Position numbers and translations under genes: made by a program
In this document: piece by piece, positions 26,640-37,617 of the stretch
How positions within the stretch are numbered: the first letter of the stretch is position 1
Layout: each line of letters begins with the position of its first letter
Notes under the pieces: model-generated
Told to the model about the DNA's origin: nothing
The model's database searches: none
What the model saw: only the letters and a program-made list of their open reading frames with translations
Source of the DNA: a virus
Lineage: Duplodnaviria > Caudoviricetes
Direction: 5' to 3' (one strand)
Length of the DNA stretch: 60,860 nucleotides
IMG/VR virus record: IMGVR_UViG_3300032320_000463
Location: 1 to 60,860 of that record

Positions 26640-29600
26640 ATGATCATTACCCTACCTAAGATTGGCCCCGTACGGTTTGATGACAATATATCTACCGAAG
26701 AATTAAACAAACAGGTTGGCCTTCTTGCGCAAAAGTATGATTTCAAAATTCCCAAGCGGGATGTAGGGATTGGCACCCTCTTAAAAGAGGGTTTCATGCG
26801 TGGGTTGGGGGAAACAGGTATCGCTTTAGGGGACACGCTCCCTGCTATGGTTGGTTCTGCGCTTGGATTTGATGAGTATGCCCAACGTCAACTGGGCGAA
26901 GCCGATGCTTCACGCCAAGCGTTACAAGCCAAGTACCCTACGCAGTTCAAGTCGTACACTGAAGTTGAAAGCCCATACGAAGCCTTACAGTTTGGCGCAG
27001 AAACTATAGGTGAACTTGGCTCTACTGCATTAACTTCGCTAGTCCCCGGTGTGGGAGCGGGTGCTCTAGGTAGTAGGCTTGCCGCTTCCGGTGCAATGAA
27101 GGCTGCTCAATCCGTTGGCCCTTTGTCTATGGCTGGCCGTGCTGCCGCCGAGACCGCTGCTAAACAAGCAGGACAGGCCGCCGGTAAACGCGCAATGTAT
27201 GGTGGTGTGTACCTTGGCTCGTTTGCACAAACCGCACCCGAAGTATTTGAAAGCATTGAACAAGAAACCGGCAAGATGGAGCCGGGAATTGCCGCGCTTG
27301 CTGGTGGTCTATCTTCTGTATTGGAATCTATTGTCCCCGGCAAACTGCTGGGTGAGTTGGGTGGTTACGGCAAAATGAAAGTCATCGAGAAGATGGCTAA
27401 AGATTCCGGTGCTGCACCTAAAGTGTGGAAGTACATTGGCAAAGAAGCCGCTAAGACCGCAGGGGCTGAAGGTTTAACTGAAGCCGCACAAGAGTCTATC
27501 AATGCCGCCGCAGAACAAGTTGCAGGTAGCACTAAAGACATGTTCGGCCCAGAGAACATCCAGCGTTTCAAAGAGTCGTTTGTCAAAGGTGCAATCGGTG
27601 GCGGTGCGTTTGGCACTGTCAGCGGTACAAGCCAAGGTTTGACTGCCCGTAAAGAATTCCGTGATACCAAAGAAGCCGAGGCGGCCCTCAAGGCTCAGTA
27701 TGAAGCTGAGAAAGCGGCTGGCACTCTTACGCCAGAGAAGCAAGCTGAGTACGATATTGCCATCGAGAACGCACGTAAACAACGTGAAGCTGAACTTGGT
27801 GAAACATTCGCAGGATTACCTGACTACACCCAACGTGCGGAGAACCTCAAAGCTCTCCAAGCACGGATGGATCAGATGCGTCCTGACTCCCCTGCCTACG
27901 TTGACCTGCAAGAACAAGTTATCAAAGCGCAAGAGGAAGTAGCTGCTGCTCAAGCTGCGCAAGCCGCAGAAGATGCCAAAAAGATTGAAGCGCGGTATGG
28001 TGAACGTGGCGCTCCGTTTAGTATCGTGCCGCCTACTACTGGCGATATGTTCAAACCTGAGTTGGAGCAACAACGTGCCGCTCAGCAACAAGCTACACGT
28101 GACTTTGCGTTTGGCCCTGTAGCTACAAACACTCCCGGAGATCCAGTTACAGTTGACACCCTAAAAAATCTTAAGGTGTCTGACCGTTCGCAGGTTGGTA
28201 TGTCCTTGTTAGGCACAGACCTTGAGACTGTTGATGGTCGCCGCACGTTCATTCAGACACTTGAGAACCCTGAGTTCATGGGTTCAATTGATGAAGCTGC
28301 ATACGATGACATCATCAGCACTTTTGATCCGCAAGAAGTCAAAGCTGCACGCGCTGAAATGCAAGCTGAAACGCTTTCCCCTACCAAGCAAAAACAGCAA
28401 GAGCAAACACGAAACTTTGCATTTGGAGCCCCTGATGTTACAAGACCTGACACCACCACAGGTGGAGGAGGCGCTGGCGTGGCTGGCAAATCCACTGCCG
28501 ATGGAACTGCCGCAACCTCTAAAACAGCTCAACGAGATGGAGATGTTTTTACTAAGCAGGATGCTGGAAGTGCTACTGGAGGAAAAGGACAACAGTCCAC
28601 TACACTGACTAAAGAAGGAGACCAAGTTGGCACTACGACCACTGAAACCGAGCAAGCAGAAGCGCAAGGACAAACGGCAACGACCGCTCGACGAGGCATC
28701 TTAGACCGCCCCGATCTGTCCGGCGAACTGCCTGTTATAAATCAAAAGCTAGGTCAGCGTGGGGTCAAGCTCGACCAACAAGCTAAAGATGCAAAAGCCT
28801 ATTTTGGCAAGGTAGTCCCTGAGCTTGCGCTTGATGCTATTGCCAATGACTTGGTGCTTGCGCCCAATGCTTACCGCAATTCAAAAATGAAAGCCTTTGC
28901 AAAAAGTCCGCAAGGCCCAGAGCCACTGTTTGACACCAAAGAAGAAGCCGCATTTTTCCTAGGTCAAGGTGGTACTCACGCTAAGAACGCCGAAGCATGG
29001 GCACGTGCCAATTTGTCCCCCAAAGCCGTTGCCTTCTTAGATCAAAAAATTGCACAGTACACAAAAGAAGAAACAGGGGAAAGGGGGGCTATCAAGACAC
29101 GTGCAAAACAGCAGAAAGAACAAGACATTCGCAAGGGTACAGAAACACAAGTTGCTGAAGAAGCCGCCGCTGCCGAGGCAGAGGGCGATTACGCGCCCAC
29201 ACTGGAAGAAATTGCAGAAGCCAAAGGTACGAAGACTTTGGCAGGCCAACGTAAAAAAGGCATACAACGTCTTGCACGTGAGTTGGAATCCGATCTGGGC
29301 GATCTGGATGATATAGCTGACACTGACACAACGGCCTTGTTTGCCGATGCAGATCTCGCTGCATTACATACACAAGCGCACCCAATAGTTCTATACCAGT
29401 TGGAGAACAACAACTTGGTAGGTGCATTACAAGCACTGGCAGACAGTGGCTCGTCTAAAACAGCAGAACTTTTTGCACAGCAGTTGTCCAAGTTGGTTGG
29501 CAATGTGAACCTTGTGTATGGCGCTGACGTTTCTAGGTACGACCCCGCAACTAACACAATCTATTTGCGTGACGGTGCTACCGAGTACGAGATTTTGCAT

Positions 29601-32600
29601 GAGTCCTCACATGCAACTATGTCCCACACTTTGGACAACCCATCGCATCCCGTTACCCGTCAAGTGACTAATCTCTTCGATCAAATGAAGAAAGGCACTG
29701 AAGGAACTTATGGTGCGCAAGACATACAAGAGTTTGCTGCCGAGGCGTGGAGTAATGATGCGTTCCGTAATCGCTTGAAAGAGTTCAAGCCTACTGGTGA
29801 GAAGCTCACTGGTTGGGAGCGTTTAGTTAATTCTGTGCGTCAGTTGCTCCGTTTGCCCTCTAAAACTGAAACTGCGTTGGATGCGATTGACCGCATGCTC
29901 AACGACATCATCAGCCCACCCCCTGCCGAACGCACGGGTGAAACTTTGTACGCGCAATCCTTACACAACCCCAATGTAGTGCAAGAGATGTTCACAAAGA
30001 TGAACAAGATAATACGCAAGCAGCCCGTCATGAACACTGAGCGTGCTGTTGGGTTTTGGAAAGCCGCAGAAAAACTTAACGCAACTCTTAGGTTTGGGAT
30101 GTACAAGTCGTTGAACTTGTCTGCTTTGGGTGATGTTGGTAGCAGATATCTAGGTGAAAGTGCAAAACGATTTGCAAATACCGTGGAAGAAATGGCGGGT
30201 TATCAAGAAAAACTTCTTGAGGCCATGAACCCACTGCATAACCGGTTGACTGAATTCCGGCAAAACCCCGAGTACCAAACATGGTCTACCTTGGCGAATG
30301 ACTCTACCCGTGTAGATGTAAACCCTGAAGCAGACTTGAGCAAGTACAAAGGCAGTCCTGAGAAAGAAGCCGAATGGAAACAACTCAATGCGCGGTTTAA
30401 GAAACTTACACCAACTGGCCAGAAGTTGTACCACGATCTATTTGCCACCTACAAAAAACTTGATGAGGAGTTCTTGAAGTCCTTGGAGCGCAACATCGAG
30501 GCTACGGTGGGTGACAAAACTAAAGCTGCATCTGCTTACCAAAAGATTTTATTTGAGTTAAGTACCATACGTGTTGACCACTACGCACCACTGTTCCGCG
30601 AAGGCCCGTTCTGGTTGCAGTACGACATCAACGGGGACACTAAAAAAGAAGCCTTTGATTCCGAGGCTGAACGTAACTTTGCGCGTAAACAACTTGAAGC
30701 CAAAGGTGCCACAAACATTGATGCCTATTCACGTGCGGATCAACTGACCACTAAAACAGTACCGTCAGGTTCAATGCTTGCCGACATCATGAAAATCATG
30801 AAAGACAACGGTGCAGGCGATGATGCTATTAACGACTTGATACAACTTGTTGTTAAGTCAATGCCTGAGGCCAGCATTCTCAAAAGCCGCCAAAAGCGTA
30901 CCGGTATCGGTGGTTACATAGACAACGCCGCTTATGTGTTTGACCGTGTAAGTAGTAACACTGCACGTCAATTAGCACGCATGCAGTATGGCCCTGAACT
31001 GCAACGCATTGTGGGGGAGATGGAAAAAACAGTTAACTCCGCACGGGGGGATGTCAATACTTATGGTAGTGAACTCATCGAGGAGTTTGAAGGTCGTCGC
31101 AACTTTGTGATGAAGCCTACGTTAACTGCCTTCTCTCAGTATGCAAGCACAGGCGCGTTCTATTTCAACCTTGCCGGTAACATTTCTTCTGCGGCTGTGC
31201 AAACTTTGCAAACCCCGTTGATTGTCTTCCCGCAACTTGGTGGTGAATATGGCTTTAAGAACTCTTACGATGCGTTGAAAAACGCCATGAGGCTCTACAC
31301 AAGCAGTGGGTTCTCACGCAAAGTTACTGAACTGACAGGCGAAGCCAGTGACCAAAAGGCCATGACTTCAATTGAGAACTTGGTCAACAGTGGCAAAGCT
31401 CCTCAGTACAAAGAACTTATTGAGACTATGAAAGCTCGTGGGCTTTTGCAAACTTCTACTGCACGTGATGCGCTAAGTGCTGAAAATAAAGATTCATCAG
31501 GCTACGGCAGCACAAACAAACTGGCACGTGTCACTACGTTGGTGGGCTCTTTTATGTTCCATCATTCCGAACGCATGAACCGTGAGATCACAGCCGTTGC
31601 CGCTTACGACTTGGAGATGGGCAAGCTCAAGAACTCCAAGATGAGTGAAGCTGAAAAGCAAACCAAAGCAATTAATAAAGCTCTTGCAATGGTGGAGTAT
31701 TCACACGGTGCGGGTAGTACGCTGTCTGGCCCCAGCCTTGGTCAGAGTGACATAGGAAAAGTTTTGATGGTGTTTAAGCGGTTTGCGTTCAGCATGTACT
31801 ACATGTTGTTCGACACCATGATGCGCTCACTCCCCGTCAAAGGTGCGACAGGCGAACAACTTGAAGCAATCAAAGCGGCTCGTAGGCAACTTGCTGGCAT
31901 ATACGGCATGTCTGCGCTCTTTGCTGGCGCTAAGGGTTTGCCCTTGTATTGGATTGCTGAGTTGGCATACAACATGTTCCAAGGAGAAGACGATGATAAA
32001 TTTGATACTGTCATGCGTGAATTCCTTGGGGACTTCTTCTACAAAGGCCCAGTCAATTACTTCACCAATCTAAGCATTGCCGACCGTGTGGGTTGGACTG
32101 ACTTAATATGGCGAGAGCAAAAAGGTGACAGTGCTAGTGCAAGTGCGGTGTCTCAATTTATTGAAACGCTTGGGGGTGCACCAGTCTCTGTTATCAACAG
32201 CGTTTTGCGTGGTAAAGACCTGATTGCTGAAGGTCAGTATTACCGTGGTATTGAGGCCATGTTGCCCGTTAGTCTGCGCAACATCTTGAAGGGTGGTCGC
32301 TACTTTACCGAAGGTGCGAACACTTTGCGTGGTGACACAGTTGGGGATGTAAATGGTTACAACTCTGCTATGCAAGTGCTTGGTTTTGCACCTGCTGACC
32401 TGATGAAGAAGTACGAAGAAAATGCGTACATGACCGAGAAGAGTAAGGCCATCAAGTCCATCGAGAAGAACGCACTGAAGAAATACTATGCGGCGATGCG
32501 TGAAGGTGACATCGACGGGATGATGGAGGCACGTGAGAAGTTGTTTGAGCTTGGTGCTAAGTACCCTGAACTAAAGATTAGTGAAAACACAATCACTCAG

Positions 32601-32711
32601 TCGGTGAGGGCACGTGAGCGTATTTCACAAGAAATGTACCAAGGTGTATCGCTTGACCGCAAACTGGCTCCCTATCTGAAGCAAGCTGCCGCTGAAGCAT
32701 ACGGCGATTAA
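26640..32711 (+). CDS. Large internal virion / polyvalent protein (zincin-like and PLxRFG-like domains)
   Basis: 2023 aa; YDPATNTIYL...HESSH...EFAAE; YAPLFREG; last late gene. Confidence 0.7.
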   Translation: MIITLPKIGPVRFDDNISTEELNKQVGLLAQKYDFKIPKRDVGIGTLLKEGFMRGLGETGIALGDTLPAMVGSALGFDEYAQRQLGEADASRQALQAKYPTQFKSYTEVESPYEALQFGAETIGELGSTALTSLVPGVGAGALGSRLAASGAMKAAQSVGPLSMAGRAAAETAAKQAGQAAGKRAMYGGVYLGSFAQTAPEVFESIEQETGKMEPGIAALAGGLSSVLESIVPGKLLGELGGYGKMKVIEKMAKDSGAAPKVWKYIGKEAAKTAGAEGLTEAAQESINAAAEQVAGSTKDMFGPENIQRFKESFVKGAIGGGAFGTVSGTSQGLTARKEFRDTKEAEAALKAQYEAEKAAGTLTPEKQAEYDIAIENARKQREAELGETFAGLPDYTQRAENLKALQARMDQMRPDSPAYVDLQEQVIKAQEEVAAAQAAQAAEDAKKIEARYGERGAPFSIVPPTTGDMFKPELEQQRAAQQQATRDFAFGPVATNTPGDPVTVDTLKNLKVSDRSQVGMSLLGTDLETVDGRRTFIQTLENPEFMGSIDEAAYDDIISTFDPQEVKAARAEMQAETLSPTKQKQQEQTRNFAFGAPDVTRPDTTTGGGGAGVAGKSTADGTAATSKTAQRDGDVFTKQDAGSATGGKGQQSTTLTKEGDQVGTTTTETEQAEAQGQTATTARRGILDRPDLSGELPVINQKLGQRGVKLDQQAKDAKAYFGKVVPELALDAIANDLVLAPNAYRNSKMKAFAKSPQGPEPLFDTKEEAAFFLGQGGTHAKNAEAWARANLSPKAVAFLDQKIAQYTKEETGERGAIKTRAKQQKEQDIRKGTETQVAEEAAAAEAEGDYAPTLEEIAEAKGTKTLAGQRKKGIQRLARELESDLGDLDDIADTDTTALFADADLAALHTQAHPIVLYQLENNNLVGALQALADSGSSKTAELFAQQLSKLVGNVNLVYGADVSRYDPATNTIYLRDGATEYEILHESSHATMSHTLDNPSHPVTRQVTNLFDQMKKGTEGTYGAQDIQEFAAEAWSNDAFRNRLKEFKPTGEKLTGWERLVNSVRQLLRLPSKTETALDAIDRMLNDIISPPPAERTGETLYAQSLHNPNVVQEMFTKMNKIIRKQPVMNTERAVGFWKAAEKLNATLRFGMYKSLNLSALGDVGSRYLGESAKRFANTVEEMAGYQEKLLEAMNPLHNRLTEFRQNPEYQTWSTLANDSTRVDVNPEADLSKYKGSPEKEAEWKQLNARFKKLTPTGQKLYHDLFATYKKLDEEFLKSLERNIEATVGDKTKAASAYQKILFELSTIRVDHYAPLFREGPFWLQYDINGDTKKEAFDSEAERNFARKQLEAKGATNIDAYSRADQLTTKTVPSGSMLADIMKIMKDNGAGDDAINDLIQLVVKSMPEASILKSRQKRTGIGGYIDNAAYVFDRVSSNTARQLARMQYGPELQRIVGEMEKTVNSARGDVNTYGSELIEEFEGRRNFVMKPTLTAFSQYASTGAFYFNLAGNISSAAVQTLQTPLIVFPQLGGEYGFKNSYDALKNAMRLYTSSGFSRKVTELTGEASDQKAMTSIENLVNSGKAPQYKELIETMKARGLLQTSTARDALSAENKDSSGYGSTNKLARVTTLVGSFMFHHSERMNREITAVAAYDLEMGKLKNSKMSEAEKQTKAINKALAMVEYSHGAGSTLSGPSLGQSDIGKVLMVFKRFAFSMYYMLFDTMMRSLPVKGATGEQLEAIKAARRQLAGIYGMSALFAGAKGLPLYWIAELAYNMFQGEDDDKFDTVMREFLGDFFYKGPVNYFTNLSIADRVGWTDLIWREQKGDSASASAVSQFIETLGGAPVSVINSVLRGKDLIAEGQYYRGIEAMLPVSLRNILKGGRYFTEGANTLRGDTVGDVNGYNSAMQVLGFAPADLMKKYEENAYMTEKSKAIKSIEKNALKKYYAAMREGDIDGMMEAREKLFELGAKYPELKISENTITQSVRARERISQEMYQGVSLDRKLAPYLKQAAAEAYGD

Positions 32712-32739
32712 AAAAAGACCCCGACCGAAGTCGGGGTTC
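32710..32739 (-). terminator. Terminator at the convergence of the two arms
   Basis: Minus strand ACCCCGAC-TTCG-GTCGGGGT then C and a T-run. Confidence 0.85.
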
Positions 32740-32800
32740 AAGGAGATAGCAACCCAAAGGAGAGAGTAACAAAGTTGCTAGGGCGAACTCTAGCACAATG

Positions 32801-33004
32801 TTAAGTGATCCGCCAGAATCTCACTCCTTGGGTGCCTCTTTCCAAAACAAAACGGAACTTAATTTTCATGCCTCGATCTTTAGCGTAGGCAACAACTTGA
32901 TTAGAAATACCTTGACGATCTAAGCACGGTATATAGAAGGAGCTACCCACTACAAATTTGTGCCATTCTATAGCAACTGGTACAGTATCAGCCGTTATTG
33001 TCAT
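32801..33004 (-). CDS. Small putative DNA-binding protein
   Basis: VGSSFYIP...GVRFWRI; coupled to primase. Confidence 0.55.
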   Translation of the reverse strand: MTITADTVPVAIEWHKFVVGSSFYIPCLDRQGISNQVVAYAKDRGMKIKFRFVLERGTQGVRFWRIT

Positions 33005-35852
33005 CAGTAGTAAGTTCTACTTCCGGATCAAGTTCAGTAGCAACAGAGCAGTCAATCACTAGCGCAAACACCGAGGGAGTCGTAATGTCCGAGCCTTTAG
33101 ACAAACTCTTCTTAATCACCCCCGTAGTAATCCGGTTCTTCTGCAAGTCTTCACATAGCATCTTGTAAGAAATTTGATTCTCACTACACCACTCCCGCAG
33201 GGCTTTGGTAGATATGAAGAGCATTTTCTTGTCAGGTTCAAAGCGCGTCATCAGCTCCCCACGGGGTTCCCGTATTGGCGCTTCGTGTAGTCCTGAACGC
33301 TTATCCACTGTGCTGTTGATAATCAACATGTTGTTGTTCTTTTCGTTCAAGAACATACCGATACGGCTTAAAGGAGTCATACCATCAGAGCGCACCTCAA
33401 CCCGCATACGGCTTAAAGTTTCAACCGCCCATTTATAGACTGCTGATACGTCGATATCGTGTAAGCCTAACTTCTTGGCGATGATGCCGGATGTAAGAGC
33501 ACATGCCGCTGTTGCTGACCAAAACCGTTCACGTTGTGTAAACCCTGCGGCCTTGTCAAACTTGCGCTGGATTGCATTCAGCAGACGTTGAACTTCCGGT
33601 AGATTGGCAATCACATATCGAATGAAGATCTCCCCAGCCACACCGTAGTTCTCGTACATGGGGTTGAACATCGCATCAGACTCGGCTTTGCTCAAGTTGT
33701 CGTTCTTGGCAACTGCAAACTCCAGTACCCGCATCAGTTCGCCCTCCGGAAAATCCTTGAGGTTGTACAACTGATCGTACAAACTTTTGTTGCCTGATGT
33801 AATCGCAATCAAATACCAGCGCAATGAATTGCTACGTTCTGCGTTTGACTGTGACTGCATACGATTGCGCCCTCGCCCGTGCGTGATAGCGTAAGCCATT
33901 GCACTGACTTCCTCGTCAGCCATGTTGGTCAACTCATCAATAGTAGGGGGTATATTGCCCAGCACTGAGATACGATGCATACGTGCCAAGTACTTGTCTT
34001 CTTGATTCATCAAGGGTTCAACTGGCCTACCCCAAATGCTGTTGACCAACAACTGAATAGTTGTCTTACCTACACCGGAGCCGTTGTTAGTCAGGTGAAT
34101 GATAGAGCCGTTAAGTTTGGTGAACTTGTATAACGCTGAGCCAAACCCTGCAAAAAGTGTGAACGCACGGACTTCATTTCCGGCAGTGGCGTAGATGTTG
34201 GCAACCTTTTTCCATTCAGCAACTGAACCTTTCTTGGTATAGAAACTAGCGGTCTCCGCAGTAGCGTTTGATGATGGGCTGTAGTTCACACCCGATGCCG
34301 TGATCTCGCGGTTGCCCACGATGAACTTGGTGTCTTCCTCATGCCAACCAAACTGCTGACGTGCTTTTTCTGCTTCTGACAGGTGCTGAAGTTCTTGCAC
34401 CCACTTAGTGATGTACCCCATAAGTAAATCCAATCTTTTGTTGTATGCGGTTACGCCTTGATACGCCAAGACTTCACGCAACTTGTCTTTTGATAAAACG
34501 CTGGATAGCGGCGCGGAGAATTCGCGGATACCGTCTTTGGGCATGTGTAACCTCATCCACAAAGATTCTCCCGTGTCCGGATCATTCAATCGCTTGACGA
34601 CGTAGAAGTCGTACTCATAGATCAACTCATCTTTCTCATCTTCACCTTTCTCGTCTTTGCCCCAACCTCGTTTGTAGACCCCGCCATTTTTTCCACGAAA
34701 GTATGGGTATGGGTACTCGGGGATTTCAACCGTGACTTCTTCTTCCAGCACAGCGTTGTGCATAACAACGATGTTGTCTTCTGCCTTAGCCTCTGCAATG
34801 CGTGAGCCAATCTGAATTGGTGAAGTAATCTTGCCCTTATTCGGACAGTCTTGGCATGGTGCAGAGTTAATGCTTGAAAACGTATTGCACTTGTAAGGCT
34901 TCTCTAATAAAGCATGTGCCTTGTTGAACGTCTCTTGAGGGTCGTATTCAGGATGTTGATTGCTAATCTTATGGATTGCTTTCTCACCGTCTTCGCAGTT
35001 GACTGCAATAGACAACCCTGCTCTCCACAACGGTTCTTCAACGGTCTCTTGTTCTTTATAGATACGTAGTAGTTGTGCGCATCCTTCACCCTCGGCGCTC
35101 TTGCGCATGATCGTTGCAAAACGGGATACGCTGTTGCCCATCAAAGCGCGAGTGGTTGCATCTATTGGGCGGCGTGGTGGAGCGTCAGAGCCAAACAAAC
35201 CTTTAGGTTCGTCATCCTCTTCTTCCATGCCTATCAACGTCTTGAAGCGTGAGAACTCTACGGGCTGCGACTCAACCAATACAGCTACTTGTTTCGGTGG
35301 GTTATCTTTAAAGCTCAGTGTGTCGGGCACACGCAGAATTCGAGCTGCATCGGCAGTGACCGCAGGATCAGCGGACAGATTGTATGAAGCACAAAACTTC
35401 TTCAATGCCTCGGCTGTTGGTTTCCAATCGTTGTATCCGATGGTCTCCGTCAGTGTCCAGTAAACGTGTATGCCACGTCCTGAATTAACGATAGTGGGTC
35501 GGGGTAGTCCTGTCGCTTTAACAAATAGTCTGAGTGCATCCAATGCAGATGCTTGTGTGTCGTGTGGTTTGTTCTCTCCACAATCTAGATCAAGCCAAAA
35601 AGCCTTAAACCATTTTGCGTTTTTTGCTGTTCGACCTTCAGTCTCCAAAAGATATTTGGCGCATCCAAAGTATGCGTCATACCCCTGAGAAATAAGTCCC
35701 TCTACGACCCCATCAATCTCATCAATCGTTTCTACAAAAGTCTGCCTCGGCGCACCTTTCTTCAATCCAACCACACAGTACAAACCTTCAGAGGCAAGTA
35801 CAGCGTTGAGAAAGGTATTCCGTATTGTCATTGTTCGCTCTTTTACAGACAA
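32988..35852 (-). CDS. Primase-helicase (AEP-like primase, Cys cluster, DUF927/SF3-like helicase)
   Basis: WLDLDCG, SGRGIHVYW, RILRVP; C...CxxC; GSGVGKTT, IDE. Confidence 0.85.
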   Translation of the reverse strand: MSVKERTMTIRNTFLNAVLASEGLYCVVGLKKGAPRQTFVETIDEIDGVVEGLISQGYDAYFGCAKYLLETEGRTAKNAKWFKAFWLDLDCGENKPHDTQASALDALRLFVKATGLPRPTIVNSGRGIHVYWTLTETIGYNDWKPTAEALKKFCASYNLSADPAVTADAARILRVPDTLSFKDNPPKQVAVLVESQPVEFSRFKTLIGMEEEDDEPKGLFGSDAPPRRPIDATTRALMGNSVSRFATIMRKSAEGEGCAQLLRIYKEQETVEEPLWRAGLSIAVNCEDGEKAIHKISNQHPEYDPQETFNKAHALLEKPYKCNTFSSINSAPCQDCPNKGKITSPIQIGSRIAEAKAEDNIVVMHNAVLEEEVTVEIPEYPYPYFRGKNGGVYKRGWGKDEKGEDEKDELIYEYDFYVVKRLNDPDTGESLWMRLHMPKDGIREFSAPLSSVLSKDKLREVLAYQGVTAYNKRLDLLMGYITKWVQELQHLSEAEKARQQFGWHEEDTKFIVGNREITASGVNYSPSSNATAETASFYTKKGSVAEWKKVANIYATAGNEVRAFTLFAGFGSALYKFTKLNGSIIHLTNNGSGVGKTTIQLLVNSIWGRPVEPLMNQEDKYLARMHRISVLGNIPPTIDELTNMADEEVSAMAYAITHGRGRNRMQSQSNAERSNSLRWYLIAITSGNKSLYDQLYNLKDFPEGELMRVLEFAVAKNDNLSKAESDAMFNPMYENYGVAGEIFIRYVIANLPEVQRLLNAIQRKFDKAAGFTQRERFWSATAACALTSGIIAKKLGLHDIDVSAVYKWAVETLSRMRVEVRSDGMTPLSRIGMFLNEKNNNMLIINSTVDKRSGLHEAPIREPRGELMTRFEPDKKMLFISTKALREWCSENQISYKMLCEDLQKNRITTGVIKKSLSKGSDITTPSVFALVIDCSVATELDPEVELTTDDNNG

Positions 35853-35895
35853 AAATGCCTTCAGGTCTACTGGCGATAAACCTTGGGCGGGGGGA

Positions 35896-36144
35896 TTAAG
35901 TTGCGGCGTTGGTCGTTAAACGACTAAGCAGTTCCCATAATACTTTGCGTTTTCTCGGGTGAGGTATTGCTTTCCCCAAGAACCACATGTATACGGCTTG
36001 CCGTGATACGCCGATGTGTTCTGCAACATCTTGTACTGGAATGTCCCGTTCAATGCAGATGCGACCAAGTTGTACACCCACATGAAATGGATCTCCTTTA
36101 TTGTTCGCATCCACAAATTTACGGGAATAACCTCTGTTGTTCAT
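35896..36144 (-). CDS. Cro/XRE-like HTH protein
   Basis: VQDVAEHIGVSRQAVYMWFLG. Confidence 0.8.
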   Translation of the reverse strand: MNNRGYSRKFVDANNKGDPFHVGVQLGRICIERDIPVQDVAEHIGVSRQAVYMWFLGKAIPHPRKRKVLWELLSRLTTNAAT

Positions 36145-36481
36145 AGTTGGTAAATGGTGGTGTGTGGTCGAACTTGGCACGTTTTGTTTCTCTGTATTCC
36201 CAAAGACCAGCAAGATTTGGAAACCGTTTGTCAAATAGTCGTGCAAGATATGGACTGAAATTGTTGTTGATCTTCCAAGGCCCCGTAGCTTCAGTAACTG
36301 CGGAGTGATGGCGCAAATAGTGCACGATGGTACGGGCAGAGTAGTGTTTAAAACCGCTTGATCTGATCTTAAACGCCTGATCGCAAAACGCTCCCCAAAC
36401 ATGTAAGTTGTTAGGTAACCATTTCAAAAACTCTTTGCTAAACAACTCTTCGTGTTCTTCCGCAAGCTCTAGTATGTCCAT
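36119..36481 (-). CDS. Conserved phage hypothetical protein
   Basis: HYSARTIVHYLR...KINNNFSPYLAR; SD AAGGAG. Confidence 0.7.
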   Translation of the reverse strand: MDILELAEEHEELFSKEFLKWLPNNLHVWGAFCDQAFKIRSSGFKHYSARTIVHYLRHHSAVTEATGPWKINNNFSPYLARLFDKRFPNLAGLWEYRETKRAKFDHTPPFTNYEQQRLFP

Positions 36482-36523
36482 GACAGTCTCCTTTGGAAAG
36501 CGGGTTTCCCCGCTCCCGTTTAC

Positions 36524-37429
36524 TTACTCAGCCCAATCGTCCAAGATGTCAGCCACATCTTTTGGTGCGGCTTTCTTAGTGCGCTTGGTAGGCTCGGCGG
36601 TTTCTTCGACAGCTTCAGCCTGTACCTTGACTGCTTTGGTAGCAATCTTTTCATACGCAGGGGCATCTTCTTCTTTGGTCAGCTCACCCATGGTGCGTAC
36701 ACCATCCATCTGCGCAGAAGTGGCGGCGACAGCGGCTTTAGCTTCAGAAGATTGGCCTTTTGCCTGAGCCAATTCCAACTCCTCAGCTTCCAAAGGACGC
36801 ACTGCCTTGAAAGTCAGGCGCGGTGTTGCGCTTGCAGTATCAAAACGCATCTCAGTAACAACGGCAGTTACTGGCAAACCATGACCCCCCAAGAACTTTG
36901 CGTATGACTGCAAGGGCATCTTCCCATTCTCAGCCGCACCAAAGATGGATTGCGCAGGAAGGGTCAGTTGATAAATGTCTCCTCGAATATCGTTCTCCAA
37001 GAGCACGGCAAGGCGCTGTGAAAAGCGGCATGCGCGGGACTCACCTTGGCCTGAGCCTTTGATGTTTTGTTGGCATGAGGCACACTTGCTTGCTTGTGGT
37101 TGCTCGGCTTTGATGTCGGGTGTAATCCCATCATTTGACCAGCATGTGGGTGCCATGGCTTGGCCTTCTTGATATGTTCCTGCATAGAAAGTTCTTGATA
37201 CGTTAGGATTAGCCGCCGCAATAATGATGTTCATTGCGCGGTCTTCGTTTTGGGCGATCTCTTTGCCATCGACCATCATGCGGAATACGTTGCCTCGAAT
37301 AGAGATGCGCTTACCGCCACTGCCCCCACTGCCGCCCATCAGGGCTTTGGTGGTTGCGTCAAGTTCAAGGTTCTTCAGGTGGGCAGGTAGTGTGTTGCCG
37401 CCTTTAGAAAATAAAGTCATTTCACTCAT
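36524..37429 (-). CDS. Putative ssDNA-binding protein
   Basis: RISIRG, CWS...CxxC...ACR, acidic/aromatic tail ILDDWAE. Confidence 0.65.
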   Translation of the reverse strand: MSEMTLFSKGGNTLPAHLKNLELDATTKALMGGSGGSGGKRISIRGNVFRMMVDGKEIAQNEDRAMNIIIAAANPNVSRTFYAGTYQEGQAMAPTCWSNDGITPDIKAEQPQASKCASCQQNIKGSGQGESRACRFSQRLAVLLENDIRGDIYQLTLPAQSIFGAAENGKMPLQSYAKFLGGHGLPVTAVVTEMRFDTASATPRLTFKAVRPLEAEELELAQAKGQSSEAKAAVAATSAQMDGVRTMGELTKEEDAPAYEKIATKAVKVQAEAVEETAEPTKRTKKAAPKDVADILDDWAE

Positions 37430-37617
37430 TTGGGTTCTCCAGTAGTTACGGTTTTAGCTTGCATTAGGGCATCAATGTCTGCGCGGTTGAAGCGCACCTT
37501 GGTGCCTATGCGGAAATGAGGGATTGCTCCCTCGCGGATCAAGTTATAGATAGTCTGTCGTGACATGCGCAACAGCTTAGCTACTTCTTGTACGGTCAGT
37601 GATGCTTCAAGATCCAC
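37426..37617 (-). CDS. Excisionase-family (HTH_17) DNA-binding protein
   Basis: LTVQEVAKLLRMSRQTIYNLIREGAIP. Confidence 0.85.
   Translation of the reverse strand: MDLEASLTVQEVAKLLRMSRQTIYNLIREGAIPHFRIGTKVRFNRADIDALMQAKTVTTGEPK

Noticed and set aside
35896-37617. Lysogeny module
   Set aside because: HTH genes only; no integrase, att site or divergent repressor pair seen
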